From: an uncultured delta proteobacterium
GTDB lineage: Bacteria > Desulfobacterota > Syntrophia > Syntrophales > UBA2185
Direction of reading: 5' to 3'
NCBI GenBank assembly: GCA_963729715.1
Contig: CAVSPA010000007.1
Span: forward strand, 352,001 to 416,000
DNA length: 64,000 bases
Both the position numbers and the translations under genes were made by a program. Position 1 is the first letter of the stretch. The number at the start of each line of letters is the position of its first letter. The notes beneath the pieces were generated by a model that saw nothing but the letters and a program-made list of their open reading frames with translations, was not told where the DNA came from and made no database searches. This document shows, in pieces, positions 9,978 through 18,666 of this stretch.

Positions 9978-11282
9978 TTAGTGTGCAGACTCGATATACT
10001 CGACGGTCTTTTCCGCAAGTGTCTTCATCACGTATTCAAATTTGTCTGCATCTCTGTCGAGCAAGGTCATCCTGAAACCAGGTACAGAGGTAAAGAAAGA
10101 AGTGAGTGGAACGACGCAAATCCCCGTGGAGCCTAAGAGGTAATAAACAAAACGTTTGTCAAACTCTATTCTTTCAGACACCAGTTTCTCAACGTATTGC
10201 CTGATCTCCGGTTGCTTGATAGGCAGTTTCTGCCTGTCATTGAGCGAGGCCTCGTTAAAAACCACCGACATATAGAAGGCGCCGTTGCTCCGGTTCACGA
10301 TAAGATAGGGAACATCCTTGAGACTGTTATAGGCTATGTTGGAGAGTTTTTCGTAGTGGCGGATACGTGAGTCCAGGTATTTCTTATACTCCGGATGAGT
10401 AACTATTTTCGGGATCGCCATCTGTGGCAGTGTGGTCGAACAAACCTCGGACATCTTCTGATTTACTATCGTGTTGAAGTACCTTTCGAATTTTTCGTCC
10501 TTGTGTACATTGTACACCTCCATCCAGCCGCACCGCGAACCCGGCCAAGGGAATTCCTTGGAGATGCCCTTCATGCTGATGGCGGGCACGTCTTCGATAA
10601 TTTCGGATAGGCTTACCGTTGATTTTCCGTTGTACACAATGTTGATGTATGTTTCGTCGAAAATAAGAAAGAGGTCATATTCCCTGGCAATCTTCACGAT
10701 CTGCTGCAGCGCTTCAGGAGAATGAACAAAGCCCGTGGGATTATCCGGATTTATGACGAGAATTCCGACGATCGATTTATAGCTTCTCACCTTCTGCTCG
10801 AGTTCGCGGATGTCCGGAGCCCAGTCCCGATAGGGGTTCATACGGTATGTGTTGGGCGGGAATGAGGCATGGAGCACTTCCGCCAGCAGGTGTGTAGAAT
10901 AAGTGGGTTCAGGCATGATGATCCTCGCATCAACCCTTATGGCGCTGTATGCGCGGGCAATTGCATCACCCAGTCCGTTGAAAAAAATTATATCTTCAGG
11001 TGTTATCTGCGCGTGGCCCATCTTGTTTACCCGATCCGCGAGGAATTCACGGGTCGAGTCAACACCCTTGGTAGGACAATAACCGTAAGAAAGGTCATCT
11101 CTGAGAATTTCAATAAGAACTTCTTTCATCCAATCGGGTATCTTTTCACCTTTATGAATGGGGTCGCCGATATTCTCCCAGGTTACCTCAATGCCGTATT
11201 CTTTCAGTTTATTGGCCACGATGACAATCTGCCTTATTTCATAAACCAAGCCACTGCCGTCTTTAGCAATATCAAACCTCAT
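9978..11282 (-). CDS. PLP-dependent aminotransferase class I/II
   Basis: ENIGDP, INPDNPTG, DETY, SKEFPWPGSRCGW (PLP lysine). Confidence 0.9.
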   Translation of the reverse strand: MRFDIAKDGSGLVYEIRQIVIVANKLKEYGIEVTWENIGDPIHKGEKIPDWMKEVLIEILRDDLSYGYCPTKGVDSTREFLADRVNKMGHAQITPEDIIFFNGLGDAIARAYSAIRVDARIIMPEPTYSTHLLAEVLHASFPPNTYRMNPYRDWAPDIRELEQKVRSYKSIVGILVINPDNPTGFVHSPEALQQIVKIAREYDLFLIFDETYINIVYNGKSTVSLSEIIEDVPAISMKGISKEFPWPGSRCGWMEVYNVHKDEKFERYFNTIVNQKMSEVCSTTLPQMAIPKIVTHPEYKKYLDSRIRHYEKLSNIAYNSLKDVPYLIVNRSNGAFYMSVVFNEASLNDRQKLPIKQPEIRQYVEKLVSERIEFDKRFVYYLLGSTGICVVPLTSFFTSVPGFRMTLLDRDADKFEYVMKTLAEKTVEYIESAH

Positions 11283-11293
11283 AAACACCTCAA

Positions 11294-11409
11294 TTGAAGC
11301 TCTCCGCAGCGAACTGCGGAGAATCTTCGATCCTTAAGGAATAATAATATTCCCTATTCGCTTGCTTACCACGCAGCAAGCTACGGTGAATGCGCTCGCT
11401 GGCGGATTC
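11294..11409. repeat. Dispersed palindromic miniature element, copy 3 (long, two hairpins)
   Basis: TTGAAGCTCTCCGCAGCGAACTGCGGAGAATCTTCGATCCTTAAGGAAT...CACGCAGCAAGCTACGGTGAATGCGCTCGCTGGCGGATTC. Confidence 0.9.
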
Positions 11410-11492
11410 ATTTCAAAAGATTCTAAATTTTATCATATTATAATTAATATAAAATTTCCAATGTTTTTTGACGTTAAGACTTTTCAAATTTA

Positions 11493-12779
11493 TCATTCAA
11501 GCTCTGAGATGATGCCCATCTTGAGGTAAATGGGAAGAACATTTTTTCTTATGTGCGGGAGCTTCAGGGCAAAAAGGAGCGATCCGATTATGCAGGCTAA
11601 TCCGCTCAAGATGAGGGTGGCAGGGGCGCCGATCCAAGACGCCAGTGCACCTGAAAAGAGGTTGCCAATCGGCGCCATGCCCATAAGGGCCGTCGCATAT
11701 ATGCTCATCACGCGACCCCGCTTGTCCTCTTCCACGATGCTCTGCAGGATCGTGTTGGAGGACGCCAGCTGAACTATCATGCCAAATCCGACAACGAACA
11801 TCATGCTCAGGGAAAAGGCGAGGACCGTTGAAAGGGAAAAGGCGATAACGCCGGCGCCGAAAATGGCGGAGGCAATTGCAATGAGTCTTCCCAGCCCCAG
11901 GATTGTCTGCCGCGAGGCAAGATAAACAGCACCTGTAATGGCTCCGATACCGTTTGCCGCCATCAGAAACCCGAGGGTGTGAGGCCCGCCGTGGAGAACA
12001 TCTTTCGCGAAAATGGGCATAAGGACGGCGTATGTCATGCCCATGAAACTCATCAATCCAAGCTGAAGAAGGATGTAACGGATCGGTGCAAATCCAAAGG
12101 CATAGGAATAACCCTCTTTCAAATCATGCCACAGACGGGGGGCGTGCACCTCCTTATTTCTCTTCGGGACCTTTATCGCAAGTAAAGCGATGATGATGCC
12201 GATGAAGCTCAGCCCATTGATGAGAAAGCAGACACCTTCTCCGAGAAGACCGATCAGTATGCCTGCGACCGCCGGCCCCACGAGCCTTGCACCATTGAAC
12301 ATGAAAGAATTGAGGGCAATCGCGTTCCCAAGGTCATCCGGCTTTTCTATCATTTCCACGATAAAGGACTGACGGGTGGGCATGTCAAACGCATTGATCA
12401 CACCGAGACATATACCCAAAGCGATGATCTGCCAGACATGCACGACTCCGGTCATGGTAAGAACTGCAAGGGTCAGGGCCTGGATCATGGAAAGGGCTTG
12501 CGTGACGACCAGTATGCGATGGCGATTCCATCGGTCCGCATAGACGCCGGCAATAGACGCGAAGAGGAAGATGGGGATCTGGCTGGAAAAACTGACCACG
12601 CCGAGGAGAAATGCCGAATTAGTAAGACGGTAGACGAGCCAACTCATGGCGATCTGCTGCATCCACGTCCCGATGAGAGAAACGCTCTGACCGCCGAAGA
12701 AGAGACGGTAATTCCTGTGGTGTAACGCCCTGAGAATGAATTTAACGCTGATCTCTTTCTCTGGTCCCGACGCCTTCAT
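11493..12779 (-). CDS. MFS transporter (MFS_3/DHA3-like)
   Basis: RALHHRNYRLFFGGQ..SLIGTWMQ, G..ADRWNR, many TM segments. Confidence 0.9.
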   Translation of the reverse strand: MKASGPEKEISVKFILRALHHRNYRLFFGGQSVSLIGTWMQQIAMSWLVYRLTNSAFLLGVVSFSSQIPIFLFASIAGVYADRWNRHRILVVTQALSMIQALTLAVLTMTGVVHVWQIIALGICLGVINAFDMPTRQSFIVEMIEKPDDLGNAIALNSFMFNGARLVGPAVAGILIGLLGEGVCFLINGLSFIGIIIALLAIKVPKRNKEVHAPRLWHDLKEGYSYAFGFAPIRYILLQLGLMSFMGMTYAVLMPIFAKDVLHGGPHTLGFLMAANGIGAITGAVYLASRQTILGLGRLIAIASAIFGAGVIAFSLSTVLAFSLSMMFVVGFGMIVQLASSNTILQSIVEEDKRGRVMSIYATALMGMAPIGNLFSGALASWIGAPATLILSGLACIIGSLLFALKLPHIRKNVLPIYLKMGIISELE

Positions 12780-12903
12780 ATCGCTCTACGTCACATCACT
12801 TCCGAAGTCTGATACAATCATCATATACTACTATTCCCTTATAAAAAACATATATGATGTGCTCCCCGTATCCGTATGAATAGGCATCCTGATCGTTGCG
12901 CAA

Positions 12904-13845
12904 TCAAAGACTGAACCTGACGGCAAGAAATATAATCGTCGCAAGAATCATAGTGACAAACATCAGGGCATTTGCCCTTACTATATCCTTCTTCCTCAGC
13001 TCTTTGACCGGATCTCCCAAGGTTGGTCTCAGAGATGGTTCCCCAAAGTAATAGTTCAGCCCGCCAAGTTGAACGGCGAGAGCGCCGGCCACAGCAGCCT
13101 CCGTGAGGCCTGAGTTCGGGCTCGGGTGTTTTTTCCCATCCCTCAACAGGATTCTGAGCGAATTCAAAGGACTCATCTGCAGGATGAGGGCGGCAACAGG
13201 AATCATCAAAGCCGTCAGTCTCGCGGGTATATAGTTGGCAACGTCATCGAGCTTTGCCGAGGCCCATCCGAATTTTCTGTAACGTTCGTTTTTGTAGCCG
13301 AAAGTGGAATCAAGCGTATTTACAGCCTTGTAAAGCATCGCGCCTGCAGGTCCGGCAAGGAAGGCAAAAAACAAGGGCGCCGTAACTCCATCCACAGTGT
13401 TCTCGGCAACACTTTCCACTGTTGCCCGAACGATGCCCGCCTCATCGAGGATGTCGGTGTCCCTGCCCACCAGCAGGGCAACCTTCTTCCTTGCCTCCTC
13501 AATGTTCCCCGCTTTCAACCCGCGATAGACATTAATACTATGCAGTGATAGGTCTCTGGCAGCAAACGTCGTATAGAGGAGGACAATGGAAACGATATCG
13601 GCGGCGAGAGGATGAAGCAGACCTGCACCAGCGACGGCCGCATATGTTGCCAAACCCGTAACCACGAGGACAATTAACACCGCCATCGAGCCTGCCGTGC
13701 GCGCCTTTGCAAATATCCGTCTCAGTGGTGTCTCGAGGAAAGAAGCGAAACGTCCTATCAGTTTCACGGGGTGGGGAAGCCAGGGCGGATCGCCGGCGAT
13801 GAAGTCCAGAAGTATGGCGGCAACAATCTGATATTCCAGTCTCAT
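12904..13845 (-). CDS. cbiB: Adenosylcobinamide-phosphate synthase
   Basis: GDP..LPHPV, VGRDT, ESVAEN.VDG, NTLDS..GY, HPSPNSG. Confidence 0.95.
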   Translation of the reverse strand: MRLEYQIVAAILLDFIAGDPPWLPHPVKLIGRFASFLETPLRRIFAKARTAGSMAVLIVLVVTGLATYAAVAGAGLLHPLAADIVSIVLLYTTFAARDLSLHSINVYRGLKAGNIEEARKKVALLVGRDTDILDEAGIVRATVESVAENTVDGVTAPLFFAFLAGPAGAMLYKAVNTLDSTFGYKNERYRKFGWASAKLDDVANYIPARLTALMIPVAALILQMSPLNSLRILLRDGKKHPSPNSGLTEAAVAGALAVQLGGLNYYFGEPSLRPTLGDPVKELRKKDIVRANALMFVTMILATIIFLAVRFSL

Positions 13846-13909
13846 GTAAAAATTTCAGGCCGGGAGATTTGAATTTTGAAAAATATCTCTCAGTCCCCCT
13901 CCCGTTAGC

Positions 13910-14659
13910 TCAATACACGATGCCCATCAAAGCCAAAGCTGCGATGGGCGGAATAATCTCCGTAAGTTCACAACCGGCTCCCAGGGTATCACCCGTATAC
14001 CCGCCAATCGTACGAAAACAGTAAACAGAAAAAAGAGCTGCCATCAAAAGCGCAGAAAATCCTGCTGCGAGTCCCATCCAGTGTCCCGCAAGCCATCCTG
14101 CGGTAAGGAGAAACGCCGATGTCCAAAGGACGTTTAGCCATGACTTTCCACCCCCGAAGGCAGTCGCCAGGCCGCCTTCGCGTCTGACATAGGGAAGAGC
14201 CGTCATCATCAAAACAAAAGAGCACCGCCCCGCCAGAGGCATGAGGACAATGATCCCCGGACGTAAAGGCGGTAAGATGGATATCAGCAAGGACACTTTC
14301 AGCACAATTACAAAAACCACAGCGAGAACGCCCATGACGCCTGTCCGGCTGTCTCTCATGATTTCGAGGACCCGCTCACGCGGACGGGCGCTGAAAAAAC
14401 CATCCGCCGTATCCGCTAGGCCGTCCATGTGTAATCCCCCCGATATCACTGTCATGGCAATCACGGTCATCACGTTTGCCGGGAGTGGCGGGAGAATTAA
14501 GCCTATGACATGATCAAAAGCCGCTATGATAATGCCGATGAGCAAACCAACGACGGGGAAGAACGGCATGCATCTCGCGAGTTCCTTTTCTCCACCTGTG
14601 AAACTCTTTGGAAATGGGATGACTGTCAAGAACTGGATGGCTGCCAGAAGAGGTCTCAT
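13910..14659 (-). CDS. cobS: Adenosylcobinamide-GDP ribazoletransferase (cobalamin synthase)
   Basis: FLT.IP, GGLHMDGLADTADG, IMRDSRTG, GGYTGDTLGA. Confidence 0.95.
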   Translation of the reverse strand: MRPLLAAIQFLTVIPFPKSFTGGEKELARCMPFFPVVGLLIGIIIAAFDHVIGLILPPLPANVMTVIAMTVISGGLHMDGLADTADGFFSARPRERVLEIMRDSRTGVMGVLAVVFVIVLKVSLLISILPPLRPGIIVLMPLAGRCSFVLMMTALPYVRREGGLATAFGGGKSWLNVLWTSAFLLTAGWLAGHWMGLAAGFSALLMAALFSVYCFRTIGGYTGDTLGAGCELTEIIPPIAALALMGIVY

Positions 14660-15720
14660 TTGTCCGCCTTGGATACTGCCGCTTCCTCAAAAGTGGCCAC
14701 TTCCGTAAGAATCCGGACGGCGGCCTCTACAAGATTCATGGATAAGGCCGCGCCTGTTCCTTCGCCGAGCCTCATATCGAGATCCAGAAGTGGTTTTTTC
14801 CCCAGGCAGTCGAGTGCTATCTGATGCCCCCTTTCCATGCTGCGATGGGAGGCGATCATGTAATCCCGGGAAGCGGGAGCCAACCGCGCGGCTATGAGTG
14901 CGCCGGCAGTGGAGATGAATCCATCCACGAGCACTGGCTTTCTCATGTAGGCAGCGCCCAAAATTAAGCCGGCGATACCGCCGATCTCAAATCCCCCGAC
15001 CTTTGCGAGGACATCAAGGACGTCGTTTGGGTCGGGCCTGTTCATCTCCAGGGCCTGTTCGATCATTGTATTCTTATGCACAAGCTGTACATCATCAATG
15101 CCTGTACCGCGGCCCACAATCTCGGCAAGCGGTGAACCGCTGAATACGGCAATGACAGCGGCGCTCGGTGAAGTGTTGCCGATCCCCATATCGCCTGTAC
15201 CGAAGATATCTGTCGACGGCCCCAGTTCCAGGGCCACCTCAATTCCTCCTTCCAGGGAGCGAACGGCCTCATTCCGGGACATGGCCGGTCCGGTGGCCAT
15301 ATTCCTTGTTCCCGCCCCCGTCCGCTTGGAAATGATCTTCCCCGCTTTCACGAGCTCACCCAAGTCACCTGCCACACCCATATCGACGATCACCACCTGT
15401 GCACCGACAAGCTTTGCCAGGGCATTGATGCCTGCGCCGCCCTGTACAAAGTTATGGACCATCTGAACGGTTACTTCCTGCGGATATTTACTGACGCCCG
15501 CTGCAGCAATTCCATGATCACCTGCCATGGTAACTATAGTCTTGCGGCCCACAGGCGGCTTCAGGGAACCCGTCATACCCGCTAATTCTTCGGCCAGGTC
15601 CATCAATCGTCCCAACGCCCAGTACGGCATAGTGAGCTGTTCAAGCCTTTGCCTTGCTTGTGCACGGGCATCCGTGTCCTGGGGGATTATTTTATTAATC
15701 GTCGATTCCAATAAGTTCAT
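14656..15720 (-). CDS. cobT: Nicotinate-nucleotide:dimethylbenzimidazole phosphoribosyltransferase
   Basis: LGRL, AGDHG, MGIGNT, GRGTG, GGFEI, DGFI, MRLGEGTGA. Confidence 0.95.
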   Translation of the reverse strand: MNLLESTINKIIPQDTDARAQARQRLEQLTMPYWALGRLMDLAEELAGMTGSLKPPVGRKTIVTMAGDHGIAAAGVSKYPQEVTVQMVHNFVQGGAGINALAKLVGAQVVIVDMGVAGDLGELVKAGKIISKRTGAGTRNMATGPAMSRNEAVRSLEGGIEVALELGPSTDIFGTGDMGIGNTSPSAAVIAVFSGSPLAEIVGRGTGIDDVQLVHKNTMIEQALEMNRPDPNDVLDVLAKVGGFEIGGIAGLILGAAYMRKPVLVDGFISTAGALIAARLAPASRDYMIASHRSMERGHQIALDCLGKKPLLDLDMRLGEGTGAALSMNLVEAAVRILTEVATFEEAAVSKADK

Positions 15721-16268
15721 AATATTTTCTCTCCTTTAATATAGAGGGGAATGCCGCTTATCATGAAGATGAACACATCCGCGTGATCCGCCATGATCTG
15801 ATTGCACCGCCCTGCCAGGTCCCGGAACAGCCGGGAGACGGGATTCTCTGGCACTATGCCCATCCCTACTTCATTGGTTACAAGAATAACCGTGCCGGGA
15901 AGGTCGTTACAGACTCCCACGATATCCTCACACCTTGCACTAATCACCTCTTCATCAAGACATCTCTTTTCCTGCTCTGCTTCATACATGAGATTGTTGA
16001 TCCACAAGGTGAGGCAGTCAACGAGCGTCACATGGCTCCCCCTTGATCTGCGGAGGGCCCCCGCGAGATCCGTCAACTCTTCGAGAGTCTGCCAGGACGC
16101 TTGTTTGCGGTCTTCCTTGTGCTTCCGTATGCGGTCTTCCATCTCCTTATCGATGACCGGACAAGTTGCAATATACGTTCGGGCGCCGGAGATCGACTCC
16201 GCAATACGTTGGCCGTAGGCGCTCTTGCCGCTCCTGCTCCCCCCTGTAATGAAAATGATCTTAGCCAT
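15717..16268 (-). CDS. cobU: Bifunctional adenosylcobinamide kinase / cobinamide-phosphate guanylyltransferase
   Basis: ITGGSRSGKS, YIAT, DCLTLW, TNEVGMGIVP, FRD.AG; start refined to MAKIIF. Confidence 0.95.
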   Translation of the reverse strand: MAKIIFITGGSRSGKSAYGQRIAESISGARTYIATCPVIDKEMEDRIRKHKEDRKQASWQTLEELTDLAGALRRSRGSHVTLVDCLTLWINNLMYEAEQEKRCLDEEVISARCEDIVGVCNDLPGTVILVTNEVGMGIVPENPVSRLFRDLAGRCNQIMADHADVFIFMISGIPLYIKGEKIL

Positions 16269-16887
16269 CCGATGCGACCTCTTGCTCCACCCGTCCTGTT
16301 TCATTCAGCCCCGCGAGGACACCTGACCGGTTAAACAGTTCGATAGTTGTGAGGGAGGCATGCTTCACCTTAAAGAGTATATAGTGCCAGGGCTGAAGCC
16401 CCAGAAAATGGCAGATGAGGAGACGGATGACGCCTCCATGCGTACATACGAGAATGGTGTCGGCCGCGTTTGTCACCAGACGCTCGGCAACGCCCACGAT
16501 TCTTTCCTGAAAATCTCCGATTTTGTCCCCGCCCGGAAAAGAAAACTCGGCGTTGAACTCAGCCCATTTATTGATCTCCCCGGGAAAGGTCTTCTGGATT
16601 TCCCCGAAGGCCATGCCTTCCCATCGACCGAAATCTACTTCTCTCAGATCGGGATCGACGGCAAAGTCCATGTCAGCACTTTCCATAACAGCAGCTGCCG
16701 TTTCTCTGCAGCGCGCCATGGGACTCGAGATACACCGGCTGGGCATTTCTTTGTCGAGCAGCGCCCGGACGGCCCTGACCTGCCGATGCCCCAGGGCGCT
16801 CATGGATACATCCGTTCTCCCTATATACCGGTCTTGATACTGCTTGCCTATATCTCCGTGTCTCACGAGCAATAATTTTCGTGCCAT
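16261..16887 (-). CDS. cobC: Histidine phosphatase, probable alpha-ribazole phosphatase
   Basis: VRHG, SSP..R..ETA, LREVDFGRWEG, THGG; first gene of the cob operon; start refined to MARKLL. Confidence 0.85.
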   Translation of the reverse strand: MARKLLLVRHGDIGKQYQDRYIGRTDVSMSALGHRQVRAVRALLDKEMPSRCISSPMARCRETAAAVMESADMDFAVDPDLREVDFGRWEGMAFGEIQKTFPGEINKWAEFNAEFSFPGGDKIGDFQERIVGVAERLVTNAADTILVCTHGGVIRLLICHFLGLQPWHYILFKVKHASLTTIELFNRSGVLAGLNETGRVEQEVASDG

Positions 16888-16931
16888 AAAAATAATAAAA
16901 AATCCACGAACCATTTTATTGATCCGTGGAT
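16888..16931 (-). terminator. Intrinsic terminator of the riboswitch 1 expression platform
   Basis: Minus strand ATCCACG...CGTGGAT followed by TTTTTATTATTTT. Confidence 0.65.
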
Positions 16932-16999
16932 GCCGTTTTCCATCTACGGTGAATTCAGCTTTGCCTGTACCGCGCACAGGCCAAAACTACGTTTGCTCT

Positions 17000-17156
17000 G
17001 CAGGCAGGTCTTCTGACTTCCGGCTCTTTCTACTCGCCGCGCCTTCCCATCCTTGGAGGAAAGTGGCCCATACGGTTTTCGTCCCCGGTTACAGCGGCGG
17101 GTCCGTGGCGGATTTTCACCGCCTTCCCTAACGCCCTTGCGGGTTACCTATGTTGG
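17000..17156 (-). promoter_or_regulatory. Cobalamin riboswitch 1
   Basis: Minus strand AGGGAAGGCGGTGAAAATCCGCCACGGACCCGCCGCTGTAA...GCCACT...GGGAAGGC...AGTCAGAAGACCTGCC (B12 box), upstream of cobC. Confidence 0.95.
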
Positions 17157-17271
17157 ACTTATGCGTAACACACGCATGCGAAGTTTGTCAAGGGAATCAA
17201 TCCCACGAGTCTTACTCAATGCAAAGGGCAAAGGTCCGGCTGCTTTTTTATTTCGGACGGCTTCCCTGTCC

Positions 17272-18039
17272 TCATTTTGACACGGCGATCATCGGTCTGT
17301 TGACCCTTCCCCACTGATCCATAAACTCATCATAGTCAATTGATATTTCACGTCCATGGCCGGGATCAGCAAGCACGACTGCCTTATATATATCGTCATA
17401 CCCTATTATCACCGCCATGTGCAGCGTACCTTCCCATTTCCCAGGTGCAATACGTCCACACATTACGGGAATGCCTTTATCAATATAGCTTTTTACGGCT
17501 TCGAGATCGCCCTCTTCACGGTAATCAACATTAAGTCCCGCCCTGCTCATGAAGCGTGCGACCGTTCTTGTATCGAGTCCTTCCCCTTCCCTGACGGTGC
17601 TTCTCCGCCGCGCATTTAAATTCTTATAAATCGCATCCTGATCAAGATCGAAGCCGTAGTACTTAAAAACCATTTCCATGCTGGCAAAGGCGCACCAATT
17701 GCGCTTCTGTAAAACCAGGGGAAAATTCGCCAATTTCTGTTGCGTTCTCGAAGTTATCCTGCGCGAATCTTCTTTCGGCTTCGTTCCTGGAGCAGCGACC
17801 TTTTCTCCGGGCATTTCCAGTCTCACGCCAGGGACTTCCTCCCTTGGCATTGCATCTTCCACCTTCAGCTGTTTAGTTTCGTTGACAATTTCCGGTTGAT
17901 CATCCGAGAAGTGCACCACTCCCTCTTCATCAACCCATCTGTACATCTCGGCAGAGCCGGCCGGCAATGATATACACAGAACCATAAGAATAATTATCGC
18001 AAGTTTGGATTTGACTCTTCTCTCAATTGCCGGCATCAC
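17272..18039 (-). CDS. Exported DUF4124 + C39-like cysteine peptidase domain protein
   Basis: Signal/TM segment, MYRWVDEEGVVHFSD (DUF4124), Q..NWC, H..VIIGYD, ADP catalytic pattern. Confidence 0.8.
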   Translation of the reverse strand: MMPAIERRVKSKLAIIILMVLCISLPAGSAEMYRWVDEEGVVHFSDDQPEIVNETKQLKVEDAMPREEVPGVRLEMPGEKVAAPGTKPKEDSRRITSRTQQKLANFPLVLQKRNWCAFASMEMVFKYYGFDLDQDAIYKNLNARRRSTVREGEGLDTRTVARFMSRAGLNVDYREEGDLEAVKSYIDKGIPVMCGRIAPGKWEGTLHMAVIIGYDDIYKAVVLADPGHGREISIDYDEFMDQWGRVNRPMIAVSK

Positions 18040-18172
18040 ACACAGACACCTCTTAACAATAATCGGCTCTTGTGATATTTTGCTTTAGCGCGTTAAATCA
18101 AGTAACATAAGATGAATGAGTTTGATTCGGAAATATTGACCAACACACCGGAGTACGGGAAGTTCCCTGAAC

Positions 18173-18622
18173 ATGACTTTTCGCACAAACCAGGAAATAC
18201 ATCCATATCACGTAGCCCCTCCGCGGACACTGAAGGAATCTGCGGACGAGCAAATCTCGGCGGTCTGCTCGAAAATATTGCAGGAAACGGAAAAAGAAGA
18301 AAAAGAAGAGTCAATCATTTGCAAGAACTGCAGAAACGAGATCACAGCCGTCGGATATAGCATTGCCGTAAACGGTCAGCATGCACATATATTTAAAAAT
18401 CCTCTCGGCATTACCTTCCATGTCGGCTGCTTTTCCAAGGCATGGGGCTGTTTCATCTACGGCATCCCCACATGTGAGGCAACGTGGTTTTCCGGATTCA
18501 CTTGGTGCGTCGCTGTGTGTGCAAATTGCTTTACTCACTTAGGCTGGCATTACCAGTCCGGCAGGGAAAGTTTTTATGGTCTGATCATGGCCAACCTGCT
18601 TACGAATCACAAAATTCACTGA
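18173..18622 (+). CDS. Cereblon family (CULT domain) protein
   Basis: CKNC...H.F.NP.G..F...CF...TWFSGFTW....CANC..HLGWHY; start uncertain. Confidence 0.88.
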   Translation: MTFRTNQEIHPYHVAPPRTLKESADEQISAVCSKILQETEKEEKEESIICKNCRNEITAVGYSIAVNGQHAHIFKNPLGITFHVGCFSKAWGCFIYGIPTCEATWFSGFTWCVAVCANCFTHLGWHYQSGRESFYGLIMANLLTNHKIH

Positions 18623-18666
18623 AGGCTGAAATACATGGTCGCCAATGGGCAACGCCGCATAGCCGC

